Below, piece by piece: positions 1 through 11,669 of a stretch of 64,000 nucleotides of DNA. This DNA is from the human T2T-CHM13v2.0 reference genome, Homo sapiens. The DNA lies in the NCBI RefSeq assembly GCF_009914755.1, contig NC_060937.1; one strand, written 5' to 3'. How positions within the stretch are numbered: position 1 is the first letter of the stretch; each line of letters opens with the position of its first letter. Under the pieces are notes generated by a model, which was not told where the DNA came from, did not search any database, and saw only the letters and a list, made by a program, of their open reading frames with translations. The position numbers were made by a program, and so were the translations under genes.

Positions 1-45
1 GCTGGAAAAAACAAACAAACAAACAAACAAAACACCAAGAAGAAG

Positions 46-250
46 CCTAGCTACCACAGTAAGACCCTATCTCTAAAAAAAACCTAAAAAATTAGCCGGG
101 CATGGTGGTGTGCACCTGTGATCCTAGCTCACGTGGGAGGCTGAGATGGGAGGATCACTTGAACCCAGGAGGTCAAACTACAGTGAGTTGAGATCAGCCA
201 CTGTGCTGGTTTCGAGACCCTGTCTCAAAAGAACAAAACAAAACAAACCA
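46..250 (+). mobile_element. Alu (AluJ-like), partial
   Basis: Linker AAAAAATTAGCCGGGCATGGTGG, right arm GGAGGCTGAGATGGGAGGATCACTTGAACCCAGGAGG, A-rich tail. Confidence 0.8.
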
Positions 251-799
251 AATCCAAGAAGGTTTGGATGAAAGCAGCTCTTTCTACAGGCTGCTGGCTG
301 GGCCAAGCTTTTGAGGCCCTTTAGTCTCCACTCTCTAAAGCTCTTCCCAGCGTGCTCCCTGAGACCCGGCCCCTGGAATCCCTGAGGCCACTCCCACTTT
401 TCTCCCGAGGCCCCTCCCCCTCAACTTCCTGAAGCCCCTCCTCTTTGGTTCCCTGACTCCCAACCCACTCAAGGTGTCCTCCCATCTCTAAGGGTGGTCA
501 GAGAGGTGCAGTGCCCCCACCTCACTCTCCAGGGAGCCCTGCTGCCTGTACCCTGTCCCAAGTGAAATGTTCTAGAATTCTGCCCAGCATCAATATCACA
601 TGGACTGGGCTGTAATTTGCGACGTCTGCTTTTTCTTCTCCTTTTATCTAAATTAGGAAAAGGTTCTTCTGTTTCCAGACTGGAGTATGGTCCCGCTTCT
701 TCTCTATGCTTTAGCTGTTTGTATAATGCTTTGTGCTGCAAAGTGCTTTCGTGGGCCCTGTTTAATGGATTCATCATTGCAGCCTTATGCGGTAAACAC

Positions 800-912
800 T
801 ATCATCTCCATCTTATAGATGACAGCACTAAGGTTCAGAGAAATCAAATAACTCCACCAAGGTCAGGCAAGTCCTAAGTGGCCAGACTAAGATCTGGACC
901 TAGGTCTGCTCT
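800..912 (-). mobile_element. MIR fragment
   Basis: Reverse complement of the MIR core (ATCTCCATCTTATAGATGA...AAGGTTCAGAGAAATCAAATAACT...CAAGGTCA). Confidence 0.6.
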
Positions 913-1811
913 TGCTGAGGGCAATGTTCTTTCCCCAGTGCCAAATGTCATGTGTGTTTTGGAGGAGAGCCCTCCTCAGGGAACCTTCTTAGGGGTCTCC
1001 CCCTGCACACTGGCTTTAGCTCTCTCACAGCCTCTTTCACAAGCTCTGGTTAAACAATAATTCTCCGTGATAAAGAAAGTAAAGAGGGGGAGAAGAGGAG
1101 GAGGGAGAAGTTGGGTTTCTGTCATTTGCTGAGCACTTACTATGTGCCTAGAACAGAAAAAGGTATTTTCCTTTTCTTTTCCTTTTTCCTTTAAAGATTG
1201 AACACAATCTGGCAAAGTATAATTATCCTATTAACCAACTAAGAACCAGGGCAGTGAGCTGGTCTGAGGCCATAGCTATGTAGTGCCATATTTGATATTC
1301 AATGTCTGTCTCATTCCAAAGTCTAAATACCACGAAAGAGGAGATAAGCGACATATGTCTTCTTTCCAATCTTTATAACTCAAGTTCTTAGGGATTCCTT
1401 CAAATATTTAAAAGCTTTCATGAAAATTATTTAAAAGAACGAAGAAATAATATTTAGAGTTCCTACTTGCTAAAATGAAATTCACTGAGATGAAAAGACA
1501 TCCGCAGTTACAAGTTGACTGCACTAATTTTCAAGTCAGATAAAGAACCTTTCAATTAACCTCTCTTAAATAGTCACAATTATCAGCAACAAAGCAGAAT
1601 TATTGATAATTGTTATAACAGATGTCATATTTAATTTCAGATCTCAGAAGAATGGTATTTTTGGGGTGTGTGAAAAATACCTTTCTACCCACTAACTGTG
1701 CTGAGATGCCAGGGTTTCAGCAATTATGAGCCATGTTTAGGCTGCCTCGCGGGGTGGTGGGCAGCTGGTGGCAAGAGAAATTGCACTGTCTTCTTGGCTG
1801 AGATCCCAAAA

Positions 1812-1812
<1 letters not shown>

Positions 1813-1852
<40 letters not shown>
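1813..1852. repeat. (TG)(TA)n microsatellite abutting an Alu poly(T) tail
   Basis: Directly visible TA run followed by a T run. Confidence 0.95.
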
Positions 1853-1870
<18 letters not shown>

Positions 1871-2162
1871 TTTTTTTTGGAGACAGAGTCTCACTTTGTC
1901 ACCCAGGCCAGAGTGCAGTGGTGTAATCTCGGCTCACTGCAACCTCTGACTCCCAGGTTCAAGCGATTCTCCTGCTTCAGCCTCCCAAGTAGCTGGGACT
2001 ACAGGTGCCCATCACCATGCGTGTCTAATTTTTGTATTTTTAGTAGAGACGGGGTTTCACCATATTGGCCAGCCTGGTCTCGAGCTCCTGACCTCAGGTG
2101 ATCCGTCCACCTCAGCCTCCAAAAGTGCTGGTATTACAGGCGTGAGCCACTGCACCTCGCCT
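1853..2162 (-). mobile_element. AluS-type element
   Basis: Poly(T), GAGACAGAGTCTCACT...CCTGACCTCAGGTGATCC...GCGTGAGCCACTG; full dimer. Confidence 0.95.
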
Positions 2163-2274
2163 AAAAAGTATATGATTCTGAACATGTTTGCTGCTTCTGC
2201 CACATATCTCCAGGCAATTAATAGATTGACCTAGAAGATCCGTAGGTTCCTTTCTACCCTGTGTTTCTGAGACT

Positions 2275-2606
2275 AACTATCCCTTGTTCAAAATCCTTGC
2301 GGCCAGTTGTGCTGTGGAATTTAGATATATCAATTACATTGTAGATAAAAAAACAACCCCAGAGGGCTCTGGGGAAGCACGCTGTGGTGAGTCTTAGTAT
2401 TTCTGCAGCAAACATGTAAACTTTTACAATAAGTGGGATAAAGAAAAGCTTTTAGTCCCACTTCCATTTAGGTTGGATTTTACTCCCAATGGAGTTCTGG
2501 AAGGTCAGGTTTTGTGGAAAAATGAGTGTCACAAACTTATCAGGAGGACTCAGTTCTCAGAACTTTTTGTATTTCAGAGCTTGCAGATAAGAGACTTTAA
2601 CCCTGC
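2275..2606 (+). mobile_element. MER46C-like Tigger MITE
   Basis: Degenerate TIRs (ATCCCTTGTTCAAAATCC ... TTGCAGATAAGAGACT) and internal CCCCAGAGGGCTCTGGGGAAGCAC resembling recalled MER46C. Confidence 0.55.
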
Positions 2607-3164
2607 AAGAACATTTCTTTGGAAGCCCTACTGGTGGTATCATCTAGAATTTATTGAATGCCCTGTTCATAATGAGAAATGCAATGCATTGAAAATGCTG
2701 TTTCTGTAGGAAAATAAAATCCACTTCATGGAGGTCTATTTTGACATGGCTGTTTCTAGGATCACGGAGTGGCTAACAGGGAGGACAATAAGAATTACTT
2801 GAAATCATGACTGTGTAATCTTCAAGACATGGGACAATGGAGCCCAGTCAGGCTCCTGGCTGAGTACTTACAATGTCAGGGGGTAAACTGAGTCCAAGCC
2901 AAGAGAGTTTTCAACAATAACAGCTGAAGGAAAAATGTTTTCTGGTTAGTTATCCAGGAAGTTGGGCAGAGAAAAACATATTTCTTAGTAATGCTGGAAA
3001 ATAGATTTTTTTCTTTACTAACATTGGATGAATTTAGTTTTGTGGTATGTTTCTTCCTTAAAGTTCCTTGGTCAGTAGCTTTCATTGAATGTCCAACAGC
3101 AAATCAAACCAAAGCAGCCCTTGCTTACGGTGTGCCTCTTCTGCCAACCCCACCGCCACCCCTG

Positions 3165-4205
3165 AATGGCATCACCAATCTGTGCGCCAAGGCTCCCTGG
3201 GCACTGCAGAGAACTCACAGGGACGCCACAGTATAGTTTAAATTTTTGAGGGAAACAGTGATACTTGACATCTGTTGGACATCGACTAACTTTAGATTAT
3301 GCTACATTCCTTTCAATTATGGCATATTTTGCAAAGCTGGGCATGTGGCAGTTGTTGAGATAAAAATCAAGCACCACCCCAAAATTAGTATGGAACAGGA
3401 AATGAGGGTGGCCACGTCCCATTGATTCCAAGATTTGGGAAGTTGTGCAATGCCCAATGGGTACACACGATTCATTAGTAAGTCATTGTGGGGAGGAAAT
3501 AAAAATATTTTCCTCCAAAATACTGAGAATTGTTAAGTTAAAGGCACTGAAAATGCAGGGGAACACTCGGCCTCAGCCTCTGTTTGCTTGATGGCAGCAC
3601 AAAAATCCTGCCTTATTGGAGATGGCATTTGCTTATTGGCCCAGAGAAGGCAGCAGCAGACACCAGAGGAATCTGGGAACAGATTTTACTCTGTTCCCAC
3701 ACACTTTCCTGCTTTTTAATAGACTGGAACTGCTCTTTTCTTTGTCTTGTCACTACATGGTATTTATGGCTCTTTGTTAAAATACTATTTAATCAAGATC
3801 CCTAAGCCACTGCCTTGAGAGAGAAATACTTTTGAACTGAGTCCTCTCCTGTATGATGGGTACAGCAAGCATTCATACATTTTTGCATGTTTTTTGTTAA
3901 TCTGACTTTTGTTTTCAGGAGAGTGTCTCCACTAAGAACCTAAAAAGGGAAAGAAAATAAATTACGCTTTCTCCCCTGCAGTGGCTATTTAAGAAGGAAA
4001 TAAAAGCATTATTTTTTCCTTCAATTTCTGTGTATTAAATTGTGACATAAATATGTGACACAAGGATGAGATATTCATTAAGTTATTCGGATGTAACGAT
4101 TCAATACATGAAACCTTTAGGGATTTCTTTTGGCCTGTGGGCACCGTGAAAAATTCACTGAGACGTTGAGGGTGCCCTGAACGGAGAAAGTTTGGGAACC
4201 TCTGG
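3165..4205 (+). mobile_element. hAT-Charlie DNA transposon relic (MER119-like), interrupted by an LTR
   Basis: CTGTGCGCCAAGGCTCCCTGGGCACTGCAGAGAACTCACAGGG start; AAAGTTTGGGAACCTCTG terminus. Confidence 0.6.
3487..3980 (+). mobile_element. ERV1 solo LTR (MER34/MER39-group-like)
   Basis: TG...CA termini (TGTGGGGAGG ... TTTCTCCCCTGCA), CACCAGAGGAATCTGGGAACAGA motif; splits the hAT element. Confidence 0.55.
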
Positions 4206-4236
4206 TATAATTCCCTGAGTGCTCAGATGAAGAAGC

Positions 4237-4945
4237 TTGGAGTCACCCATGATTCCTCTTTTTCATCCTCCCAAACCCACGAATCAATCCGTAAGTCCTC
4301 TTGCACCACCTCCCACAAAATGTCCTGAATCCGTTCTTCCTGCTACCACCACTGCCATCACCATCGTCAAATCCAGCATTTTCTATGGCAGTCTTTCTGC
4401 TTTGGCTCTTGCTTTCCAATAATCCATTCTTCAGAGGTGGCTTTTAAAAACATAAAATAGACCACATTGCTCCACTGCTTCTATGTTGCTCCCAGCCATC
4501 CTCCAGTGGCTTCCACTTCCCTTTGAAAGCCCTCCTGGGCCGACCCAAGTTGGCCCCACATCCTCTCCTGCCCTTCTGGAAATCCTCCTTCCCTTGCTGC
4601 AGCCTGTTCTCACCTCAGGATGCTTCCACTTGCCCTTCCCACTGTCTGAAAAGTTCTTCATCCATTTGAAGATCTTCCAACACCTGGCTCATTCTCAAGT
4701 TTCTCCTCCAATGTCATCTCTCCAGCAAGGCTTTCTAAAACTGCCACCCCTGACCCTCACCTCCAATCACTACATGTATTATCATGTTGTTTTAGTTTCC
4801 TCATAATATTTGTTACTCCTGAACATACCATGTTCTTTGGTCTGTAGATTTGAGAGTAGGAACTTTGCTTTCTTGTTCACCATTGTATTCCCACCAGCTA
4901 GAATAGTGCCTGGCATTTGATAGGAGCTCGACAAATAATTGACAA
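4237..4945 (+). mobile_element. L2 3' end
   Basis: Ends with L2 terminus TAGAATAGTGCCTGGCATTTGATAGGAGCTCGACAAATAATTG. Confidence 0.7.
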
Positions 4946-5073
4946 AATTAGTAACTGAGTGATTATCTCATATGGTTGTGTGTTTGGATTGTTCACTGAT
5001 AGCTCCTGAGAAGATCCAGAAGTGAATTGGGAGAAAGGGAGCCAGTGAGTTCATTTTGACTGACATTTTTATG

Positions 5074-6141
5074 TAATCATACATCACTTAATGATGGGGA
5101 TACGCTCTGAGAAACTGCATCATTAGGCAATTTTGCCATTGTGTTGAAACCACCTTTGCAAAAATTATAACAGTGAGAAAATCATGGGAGTGAAGGAGAT
5201 CTGATCTGGCCAACCTTCGTCTTGCCTTTGGCCTTCAAGATGCTCATAAAAATTCCTGGGCTTAGGCCAACTAACTTTAGGAGACATTTAATTTATAGTT
5301 GAAATGATAATAGCCCTTCCCCAAACTCAACCACCTTTGTAAAGCTAATGAGAGACCACCAGGCCAGGAGGAGAGAGGAGGCTGAATTCTGCTAAGGCGT
5401 AGACATAAATGATTGCCAGCCATTATTCTGGAGGTCACAAGATATGCAACTTCAATCACTCCTGCAGACAACATCACTATTGTAGAACCTAAGATTGGCC
5501 TTTTGAGATGTCTTTTTCAGGTTTTTTTCATGTCTGACACCTATGGCTCCACCTGGACCCGCCAACTACTCCTGTGGCCCACTCAAAAGAATTAAGTAAC
5601 TCAACAAGCAGGAGAACCATTTCTTATACCCCTATGATTGCACCCCTAACCAATCAGCAGCAATAACCCCTTGCCTAGCCACCCCCAACCCTTTTCCCCA
5701 AACTATCTTTGAAAATCCCTAACTTCCAAATGCTCAGGGAGATTGATTTGAGTAATAACTCCATCTCCTGCATGGTGTGGCCAGCCTCACGTCAATTAGA
5801 CTCTTTCTTACTGCAGTGCCATGGTCTCTGTGAATTGATTTTGTTTGTGCAGCAGTCAGGAAGAACCTGTCAGGTGGTTACAATGTGAACATCACAGCGT
5901 GTGCTCACACAAACCTACATGGTGCAGTCTATTGCTATATGGTGTAGCCTATTGCTTCTATGCTACAAGCTGGACAGCATGTTACTGTACTGAATGCTGT
6001 AGGCAATTGTAACAATGGTAAGAATTTGTGCATCTAAACATATCTAAACATAGAAAAGGAAGAGTGAAAATATGGTATTATAATCTTATGGGACTACTGT
6101 TGTATACACGGTCTGTCAAGTGAAATGTTATGTGGCAGGAC

Positions 6142-6143
<2 letters not shown>
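5074..6143 (+). mobile_element. Tigger3a/MER7 DNA transposon, split by LTR8
   Basis: CATCACTTAATGATGGGGATACGCTCTGAGAAA start; continues after the LTR with CATGTTACTGTACTGAATGCTGTAGGCAATTGTAAC. Confidence 0.8.
5145..5882 (+). mobile_element. LTR8-family solo LTR (ERV1)
   Basis: Starts TGAAACCACCTTTGCAAAAATTATAAC, ends GGTGGTTACA; 4-bp TSD GTGT/ATGT. Confidence 0.85.
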
Positions 6144-6176
<33 letters not shown>

Positions 6177-6190
6177 TTATATATAATATA
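6142..6190. repeat. (TG)n(TA)n microsatellite
   Basis: Directly visible. Confidence 0.9.
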
Positions 6191-7544
6191 CATTTATATG
6201 CAAAAGATATTTTACAGACTAGGTCTAATCAAGGACAGGGGTTTCCTATATGCTTGGGAAGAGACAACAAATAGTTACTTTATATGAACCCCATTTTTCT
6301 TGGCAATACTGATGTTTTACCATAAGTAATCATGTTGAGTTGGATAGTTAATGAAGCAATTTCATCATATCATTTGTTACTCTTCACAACAGGCAAGTGT
6401 CCCCTACCCCTAACTTTTCTTTCCTTTTCTTTAACTAATTAAGAAACTGAGGTAATACTTATAAAGCAACTTTACTATAGCTATAGCATCCAACCGAATG
6501 CTAGAATCCCATTGTCCAGCCCGATCAAGCCAATGCATTTTCCTTAACAATAAATCCAGGAAGAGTGCACAGTAAAGCGGCAGTAGGAACAGGTGTCGAA
6601 TTATTTGACATCTCTGGCAAACAGCAGTGGGGATTAAACAGAGCTTTCTTTAATAAGATTAATTCTCAAATACCGAGTGATTTGGCATATCCCCAAAGAT
6701 ACAAGGCATTTGTATCTATATAAGATTAAAGAAGCTTTCACACAAAGCAATTTTGTTTTTCAACATCAAAGAGATGCTTCAGTGGCATTGCAAGAGGGAA
6801 GCACAGTGCAACTAATGCAAAGAGTGCAAAACCTTTATAGAAAAGACAGTTTCCTCAGTCAGGAATTGCATCTAGAGCTTTCACTACCCATGACAAACAG
6901 GGCATTGTTCTTAGAGTCATAGGATTAGGGGAAAGGGGAGGCCAGGGGTTAGGAATCAGCTTGACAAACACCCCACACAGGTGGGGTGACCCCAGACACA
7001 GGTGGCTCCCCAGTGATGACCTTGGCTTTCCAAGGATGGGAGCTCAGTGCCTCGTGAGACTGACTATTGGGCAGATCTAATAAATAATAAATAATGACCA
7101 TGACACTGTAATAATAAGGATAACAAAAATCACAGCCACCATTTCCATGTGCCAGGCACTATACTTAGCATGAATCGAATGGCACACACTTCTGCTGCTA
7201 AATCTTCTCTTGGGTTTCCAGCAAGCCTTCTGAGGTCTGTTCCCTGAAGCTACATAGTCCAACTTGCTTCACAGTGAGCTGCAAATATTTGAAGGTAGCT
7301 TTTATGTTCTTTATCTGTTTTTTCTTCTGTGCTAAACTTCTACTTATTTTTTGAACCAGATACAGGTATTTACATGGATTGATGTTACATTTCATCTTGC
7401 AGGTTTTGCCTTACCCCTCTAGGCTGCCCAAATATTGGTGAGTCCTGATATTATCATTTAGTGTATTCACCAGACCTTATCCAATGTGCTTCTGAAAATG
7501 ATAAGCTTCCAAGTCTCCCTCCTCTCCTTTTTCTCTTTCTTCTT

Positions 7545-7750
7545 TCCCTCTTTCCTTCCATAAACATTTATTGAGGACTTCTTTAATGTCCCAGACACTG
7601 TGTCAGGCACTGGGGCCACAAGGTTGCATAAGGCATACCTATAGATAGTCTTCAAGAAAGCTTCTTGCTTAAGCAGAAAGACAGGAAAATAAACTAAAAT
7701 ACAACATAGTATGATTATGTAATGAATGAGAAAAGAGGAGAGTTTTAACA
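7545..7750 (-). mobile_element. L2 3' fragment
   Basis: CATAAACATTTATTGAG...CCAGACACTGTGTCAGGCACTGGGG is the reverse complement of the L2 terminus. Confidence 0.6.
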
Positions 7751-10700
7751 GGAGTTGGAAAAGAAATCATCTGTAAGGGGAGATGATGGGGAGCTAGCAG
7801 ATGCCAGCACTACCTCTGGCCCCTGGGGTATGGGGCCCATGAGAGAATTGGGCAGTCCCCACTTAATTAAAAGCTAGCCAGAGGATGTTCCAGGGGAGCT
7901 TATTTATGGAAGGAGCCTATGCTGTTAATGCCCCATGTGACAGCCTTTTCTCCTCCCTCCTACCTGCCTAGCCAGCAGGGCTCTTCCTCCCGCTGCTGAC
8001 CTCCCTAAAGAATCAAGGGCAGCTGCCTTGGCTAGAGGGTCTGTGTTTTCACATGACAGACTACAGAAGCAGCAAGCATTCTAGATTTCAATGGGGGATC
8101 AGGGAGGCATAGAATCAGAGAGGAAGGGCATCTTTTATGACCTGAAATCGCCCCACTTAGTCACTGGGAAGGCTGGTAAGACCAGGAGCAAAGGGACTTT
8201 CGGGTTTTGACTGCTCAGGGATTTCTTCCAAGCATAATTTCCCAGGTCACGTAGAGGCCATCCTCAATGTGAAGACTGGACTCTTCAGACACCCAGGCAA
8301 AAGAGCTCATTTGCACATACCACAGAGTCCAGGATGGTGTCAGGAGTTTGCAAGTTTCCAGGAGTTAGGAATTTTGCAGGATAGAGAATGGTTGACCTTG
8401 GTAGACATGTTATCCTATGTTGGACCTATGTACCTATGTCCTTGTTCAAAGAGCGGGGTACCCTTGTGGCAGTGAGCCCCTCCTAATGAAAAAAATATCC
8501 ACAGCCAAAAGGCTACAGAGTTCTGGGAACTGGTGGGTTGTGGACCAGCTTCCTAATAGTACCTGGGAACTGTACCTGAATCTCTCCTTGGTGCCTCCAT
8601 AAACCTCGGAGACCCTGTAGAAAAGCTGGTTGTACAGACTGGTTTGATTAGGGCTGCAAGCTCCAGCTTTTGTCAGGGGTTCAGAAAATTAGGCCTGGGT
8701 GAGGAATATTGACAGTGTTTATTTTGTTGATTGTGTCCATGAACATGATCAGGTGTAGCTCCCAGGGCACTCAGCCGATGGTCACGGCTAAGTGCAGAAT
8801 ATAGTCATGCTCACACACATATAGTCATGCTCCAAAAGCATTACTTGAAGCGGTGAACTAACATAAAGCTGAAGTTTATCACAACCACCAGTCAAAACTG
8901 GACTGGGGATCTTCTATGGATATAGAGCTGAGAGGCAGGCTTGGGACTTGGGGTGTGCTGCCTAACCAACCCCTTTCTTCTAGAAAGCATCAGTCTGAGA
9001 GGGCACAGATGCCTGGTTCCACATTTGGAGTTTGGAGGGATTAAATATGAAACACAGAATAAGCTGTGTTATTAAACTCACACTTGCTTTTTTTAGTGGG
9101 ATAGCAAGAACATAGGCAAATGTTTCTATACAAAGACTTTTTTAGTTATACAACACAAGTGAAGAGGCCGGTAAACCACTAAGGTCTAGGAGGAGACCAA
9201 TCGGTGTTGGGCTGGGGGACTCATGGATACAGATTCTTGGCTGAGGTCTGGAAGGGCTGAGGAATTTGCTGCCAGGGTCTGTCTTAGCAGGATACATCAG
9301 CCCCATCTCCAACAGGAGAAATGGGAGGACAGGGCTTCACCCTGTCTGCTGGTGCAAGAGAAGCCTTGAGCTTCGGTAGACAGTTGTATGTGTCCCTTCC
9401 AACCAGAGACCTCAATATATTAACGGGCCCTCTTTTTTCTCTGCAGGATCCAGTACATATTTCTGACGGCTCCTCCAGAGTGGGATTTTATCTGGAGTCC
9501 CACCCTTTCTTTTGAATTTCCTTATCACTTTATAGCAAGTTTATTCACTCATTAAAACCCAACCCAAAGTCACCTCGTCTGGGAAGACACACAAGCTCTT
9601 CCAGAAAGAGTCTCTCTTTTCCTGACTGCTCTCTCACTGCCTTTCTCCTATTGCACTTCTCCCTGGTTTGTGTGTCTGCCTCACCCATGAGACTGTAGCC
9701 CGGCACCATGTCAGGCACGTAGCAGGATTTCAACAGAAGGATGTGGATCGAATGGATGATCCAACGGAAGGAGAGGCACACAGGAGGCTGACCACAAATG
9801 AAATTTCTGGTTTGGACTTTTCAGCCCCCATCACTTCACTTTCCCTCCTGCTATGGGGGAAACTCAAGAGATGAGTTATGGGTGGGCTAAGACAGCAAGC
9901 TGGGAGCTGGTGAAGAAGATGGAGTGGGTGACCCTTGGCTTTCACTGGGCTTCTCCCAGCCGATGCTTGGAAACCCTAGATGGATCAAGGTGAGAAGCCT
10001 CATTTCTGTAAAGGACTCCAAGGATTCCATGGTGCTCTGCAAACGTAATGTGTTCTTGTTGCTGTTATCATCTACCATAGCTGTTTATAACCTTGTTCAT
10101 TAACTTGTGTGATTCTTGGCTGAAGTCTGCTGCTCTCCCCCATGAGGGGAACAACTGATGACCTACTTCCGTGAATTCCATGGTGCCAGGCCTGGGCTGA
10201 TCTGGATCTACATTAAAACATGCCAGGGGGCAAACATGAAATCAAAATGTTCTGGCAACCCCCTTAGACCAATCAGTGCAGTGTTTAGCACTATAGACAC
10301 CCAGTGCACTCATTACAACATCATTTCCTAGGACCTTTTTTATAAATAGAATTTCGAATATATTCAGGTTTGAACTTTCAAGGAGGGTGACTTTGAGCCA
10401 TCACTTGGAACAGAACACTTGTAAAAACACTGACCTTGGTCACTGCTCACATCTCCCTGGAAGGCCAGTTAGGACTGCTGTTTACCCCCCACATTAGAGA
10501 GGTAGGGGAAGGAAACAGGGGAAGCTGAGTGACTTGCCTTTGGGCCACAGGAGTCGCTTCGTGGGCAAGGCTGGAGTTTTCGATCTGGGGAATTTGTTCC
10601 TGGTTGGGGGACTGGTCTATATTCAGGCTGTCAAGGAAGAAGTCATAGTATCCACACTCGCACTTCCCCCCAGAGCTAGGGGCTCTCTGGAGAGAAAGTG

Positions 10701-10849
10701 ACCCCTTATCCTTTATTTGTAGAAATATCATGACCCAACAACGGCCTTCACAATGGGAAGAAGCTGGGTCGAAGCAGATGTCAGAAAGGCCAAGGGAATA
10801 GAGAGGCCGAGAAAGGGCGAGAGAAACAAAGAAGTCTATGTACTTGGCG

Positions 10850-11310
10850 CTTCTTTGTTGCCCAGATCCTCCACTCTGCTCCCTGCTTTCTCCCTCAGAG
10901 AAGGAGGGGGAAGAGGAGGAGGAGAGTGGGTGGAGAGGGAGGCGGAGGAGAAAGAGGAGGAGGAGCGCATTGCTAACGTGCGCAGCCCTTACCCAAGCCA
11001 GGCTCCCGCGCGTGCATCCACCGCGATCTCAGGCCCCGGCGTTTGTGGCAGCTCTCGGTTACCATGGGAACCGCACTCCGCAGCCTCCCTGGGCCCCATC
11101 TAATCTGCGTGTGTGCGTGGCGGAGAATTCTAAGCCTCTGCACCTGCCCTTGCCTTCCCTTTCCCAGCCTCTCTCCTGGCGGGGAACTGTTTGGACCAGT
11201 CGTCAGCGGCGGCCAGAAAGTTTTCCTGCTGTCTGCCTGAAGGTCGCCTGTGTCAGGGGGAAGTTGCAGCCGTGGGGATTGTGTTTCCCTGAATGGAGAC
11301 AGTACACGTC
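10850..11310. promoter_or_regulatory. CpG-rich promoter/enhancer-like element
   Basis: Only non-repeat CpG-dense stretch in the window; GGA-rich purine tract ~10898-10965; CGCGCGTGCA and TGCGCA motifs; X-box. Confidence 0.7.
11058..11071. promoter_or_regulatory. RFX X-box
   Basis: GTTACCATGGGAAC matches GTTNCCATGGNAAC; extends to the near-palindrome CGGTTACCATGGGAACCG (11056-11073). Confidence 0.8.
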
Positions 11311-11669
11311 AGACCTCCAGGCTGGGACTTTCTAGAATCCTGGGGTCCAGTGCTAAGCTTGTGGTGGCTGCGTAGATGAAGAGATGGGACATGTGGCTCT
11401 CAAGGCCCTGAATGGGCTCACTGGAGCTGGTCCCCAGGAAAGGAACTGCCCTGAAAGGGATAGAGAGACCCACAAGGGGTTGATCTGGGGCCAAGGGTTG
11501 GAGAAAGCTAAGTTCCCATGCCCTGGCCACTGTGAGTGGACTTGCAGGAGTGGCAGAATGGTCAGGTGGGGTGGGAGGCTGGGTTGCAAACCACTTCTAT
11601 GTAGGCATTCCTGGTCAGTTGTCACAGAGGTTTCAGAAGGACCTCAGTCTTTGAAGTGCTTGCAATTTG

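Noticed and set aside
1698-2101. ORFs with YIYIY/FFFF runs
   Set aside because: Translations of a TA microsatellite, poly(T) and an antisense Alu.
8799-8832. Short direct duplication ATATAGTCATGCTC
   Set aside because: Ordinary slippage-type microduplication.
9473-9503. Interleaved inverted repeats CTCCAGA/TCTGGAG and GTGGGA/TCCCAC, pseudoknot-like
   Set aside because: Connecting loops would be zero length, the stems are short enough to arise by chance, and there is no evidence of transcription.
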